Assembly: GCA_041752695.1 (NCBI GenBank)
Contig: JBGSVZ010000038.1
Span: forward strand, 178,033-242,032
Length of the DNA: 64,000 nucleotides
Origin: Terrimicrobiaceae bacterium
Lineage (GTDB): Bacteria > Verrucomicrobiota > Verrucomicrobiia > Chthoniobacterales > Terrimicrobiaceae
Direction: 5' to 3'
In this document: piece after piece, positions 61,994-64,000 of the stretch
How positions within the stretch are numbered: the first letter of the stretch is position 1
Layout of the letters: the number at the start of each line of letters is the position of its first letter
The notes under the pieces: generated by a model
Seen by the model: only the letters and a program-made list of their open reading frames with translations
Told to the model about the DNA's origin: nothing
Databases searched by the model: none
Program-made: the position numbers and the translations under genes

Positions 61994-62073
61994 TTGACGG
62001 TTTCGAATAACGACCTTACAAATCGTGAAATAAATCTGAAGCTCTTCAGGATCGGGGTAGGAGAGCTTTTTTT
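61994..62073 (+). promoter_or_regulatory. cysT promoter and structured leader
   Basis: TTGACG-17 bp-TACAAA; the leader has overlapping inverted repeats followed by a T7 run. Confidence 0.4.
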
Positions 62074-62082
62074 AAGGTTACC

Positions 62083-62910
62083 ATGTCACGCCAACGATTC
62101 ATCCTGCCAGGGTTCAAACTCACGCTGGGATACACGATTGTGTATTTGAGCTTAATCGTGCTGATTCCGTTCAGCGCCCTGATTTTCAAGACGGCTTCGG
62201 GGGGCTGGGAGCATTGGTGGAAGACCGTGACCGAACCGCGGGTGATCGCATCGTTTTGGGTAAGTTTCGGATTGTCGGGTATTGCCGCGGCGCTCAACGG
62301 GGTGTTTGGGGTGATCATTGCCTACGTGTTGGTCCGTTATCGGTTTCCCGGCCGGAAAATTGTTGATGCGTTGGTGGACCTGCCTTTCGCCCTGCCAACG
62401 GCGGTGGCGGGGATTGCGCTCACCACGATTTACGCCCCGAACGATTGGATCGGCGAATTGCTGAAGCCGTATGGAATCAAAATCGCCTACACGCAGTGGG
62501 GCATTTTGATTGCGCTGACATTTATTGGTCTGCCCTTTGTGGTCCGCACGGTGCAGCCGGTAATCCAAGACCTTTCCGGGGATCTGGAGGAGGCGGCGGC
62601 GACATTGGGCGCGAATCGGTGGCAGACTTTTTGGAGGGTGATTTTTCCCGCCTTGCTACCCTCCATTCTGACGGGTGTCACTCTGGCGTACGGGCGTGCG
62701 GTCGGGGAATACGGTTCCGTGGTTTTCATCGCGGGAAACATCCCCCTCAAGACGGAGATCACGCCGCTGTTGATCATCACCAAGCTGGAACAATACGACT
62801 ATGCGGGCGCGGCTGGGCTCGGGTTTGTCATGCTGCTGGCTTCCTTTGTCATTCTCCTGATCAGCAACACCCTCCAAGCCTGGGACAACCGGCGGAAGGG
62901 CATTCTTTAA
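62083..62910 (+). CDS. cysT: Sulfate ABC transporter permease CysT
   Basis: LVDLPFALPTAVAG; LPFVVRTVQPV; EEAAATLGA; GEYGSV. Confidence 0.95.
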   Translation: MSRQRFILPGFKLTLGYTIVYLSLIVLIPFSALIFKTASGGWEHWWKTVTEPRVIASFWVSFGLSGIAAALNGVFGVIIAYVLVRYRFPGRKIVDALVDLPFALPTAVAGIALTTIYAPNDWIGELLKPYGIKIAYTQWGILIALTFIGLPFVVRTVQPVIQDLSGDLEEAAATLGANRWQTFWRVIFPALLPSILTGVTLAYGRAVGEYGSVVFIAGNIPLKTEITPLLIITKLEQYDYAGAAGLGFVMLLASFVILLISNTLQAWDNRRKGIL

Positions 62911-62914
62911 TCCC

Positions 62915-63829
62915 ATGGCCGGTGCCCTGAATTCTTTTCCCGCGAAAACGCCGCGGGTGGGACGGAGCGCCACGGCGGACTCGCTGCTGACGCGGATCAT
63001 TTTGATGAGCATCAGTTCTGGGTTTATCGCGCTATTTTTGCTCTTCCCACTTTACATCGTCTTCGAGGGGGCCTTGAGCAAGGGGTGGCAGGTTGTGGCG
63101 CAAACTTTCGATGATCCCGCCACGCAGAGCGCCATCCGGCTGACCCTGTTGGTGGCTGCGATCACGGTGCCGCTGAATACGGTGTTCGGGCTGGCGGCGG
63201 CCTGGAGTCTCACGCGGTTTCAATTCAAGGGCCGCTCGTTTCTCATTACGCTGATCGACCTTCCTCTCTGGGTTTCACCGGTGATCGGGGGCTTGATCTA
63301 CGTGCTGGTTTATGGCTTGCACGGCTGGTGGGGAGGTTTTCTTCGGGAGTGGGACATTCGCGTGATTTTTGCGGTCCCCGGCATTGTCCTGGCGACGATT
63401 TTTGTGACGTTTCCGTTCGTCGCGCGCGGATTGATTCCCTTGATGCAGGCCCAGGGGTCTCGCGAAGAAGAGGCGGCTCTGACATTGGGAGCCAATGGCT
63501 GGCAGATTTTCTGGCGCGTGACTTTGCCGAAAATCAAATGGGGTCTGATTTACGGGATCATTCTGTGTAACGCGCGTGCCATGGGAGAATTCGGGGCGGT
63601 GTCGGTCGTTTCGGGTCATATCCGCGGAAAAACCAACACCATGCCGCTTCACGTGGAGATCCTTTACAATGAATATCAGTTCGCTCCGGCCTTTGCCGTG
63701 GCGGCGCTGCTGGCGTTGCTGGCCATTGCGACTCTGGTGATAAAAACCTACGCGGAGTGGCGCGCCGAACAACAGATCCGCGAGGCGGGACGGGTGGTCG
63801 AACCCGCGCCGGTTCCGGTCACACCCTGA
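62915..63829 (+). CDS. cysW: Sulfate ABC transporter permease CysW
   Basis: DLPLWVSPVIGG; TFPFVAR; EEAALTLGA; CNARAMGEFGAVSVVSGHIRG. Confidence 0.95.
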   Translation: MAGALNSFPAKTPRVGRSATADSLLTRIILMSISSGFIALFLLFPLYIVFEGALSKGWQVVAQTFDDPATQSAIRLTLLVAAITVPLNTVFGLAAAWSLTRFQFKGRSFLITLIDLPLWVSPVIGGLIYVLVYGLHGWWGGFLREWDIRVIFAVPGIVLATIFVTFPFVARGLIPLMQAQGSREEEAALTLGANGWQIFWRVTLPKIKWGLIYGIILCNARAMGEFGAVSVVSGHIRGKTNTMPLHVEILYNEYQFAPAFAVAALLALLAIATLVIKTYAEWRAEQQIREAGRVVEPAPVPVTP

Positions 63830-63835
63830 TCCCTT

Positions 63836-63864
63836 ATGAGCATCGAAGTCCGAAATCTCACTAA
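63836..63864 (+). pseudogene. cysA: 5' stub of sulfate ABC ATPase cysA, interrupted by an IS
   Basis: MSIEVRNLTK, a typical CysA N-terminus, begins 6 nt after cysW and runs into the IS end at CTAA. Confidence 0.75.
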
Positions 63865-64000
63865 GGAAACGCTGATTTAATCGGCAGTCGGGATTGCCAA
63901 AGGAGAGGGAAAAAGGCAAAAGAGGGAATGGAAAGCCAACTGAGCTTCGCGGTGAACGAGTTCCGCGGGAAAAAGAAGCAAACGAAGCGTGAAAAGTTCC
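63865..64000 (+). mobile_element. IS5-family insertion sequence, left end (truncated by the window)
   Basis: Terminus GGAAACGCTGATTTAA directly after a CTAA target; transposase from ATG 63928 reads MESQLSFAVNEFRGKKKQTKREKF, an IS5-subgroup N-terminus. Confidence 0.88.

Overview
GC-rich bacterial chromosome segment; protein styles suggest a Verrucomicrobia-like organism (inference only). Left to right: (1) 1-24.3 kb, a large carbohydrate-utilisation locus with sialate O-acetylesterase, a GH50-like hydrolase, two sulfatases, two tandem Tat-exported GH128 paralogs, GH43, two paralogous divergent GH9-like proteins flanking an AraC gene, an MFS transporter, an FAD oxidoreductase, araBAD and LacI. 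(2) 24.2-30.2 kb, a defence islet: RHH controller, a C-terminally truncated C5-methyltransferase, a McrB-like GTPase with an AT-richer N-terminal domain, a DUF2357/McrC-like nuclease, and a divergent RelB/DinJ plus RelE-like toxin-antitoxin pair. (3) Housekeeping genes mscS, frameshifted prfB, ftsB, eno and an amidase. (4) A heavy-metal RND efflux cluster with a Cys/His-rich leader ORF and HupE/UreJ. (5) Carboxypeptidase, DASS transporter, a split FUSC/AaeXA set flanking a secreted nuclease-like orphan, cysteine desulfurase and a type III PKS cluster. (6) tig-clpP-clpX-GT4-trmB-dus and cysTW, with cysA interrupted by an IS5-family element at the window edge. Five copies of a ~58 bp REP-doublet element with covarying stems lie in intergenic regions. 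No rRNA, tRNA or CRISPR array was seen. Start codons were adjusted by eye from the ORF track, and all family calls come from motif recognition, not database searches.
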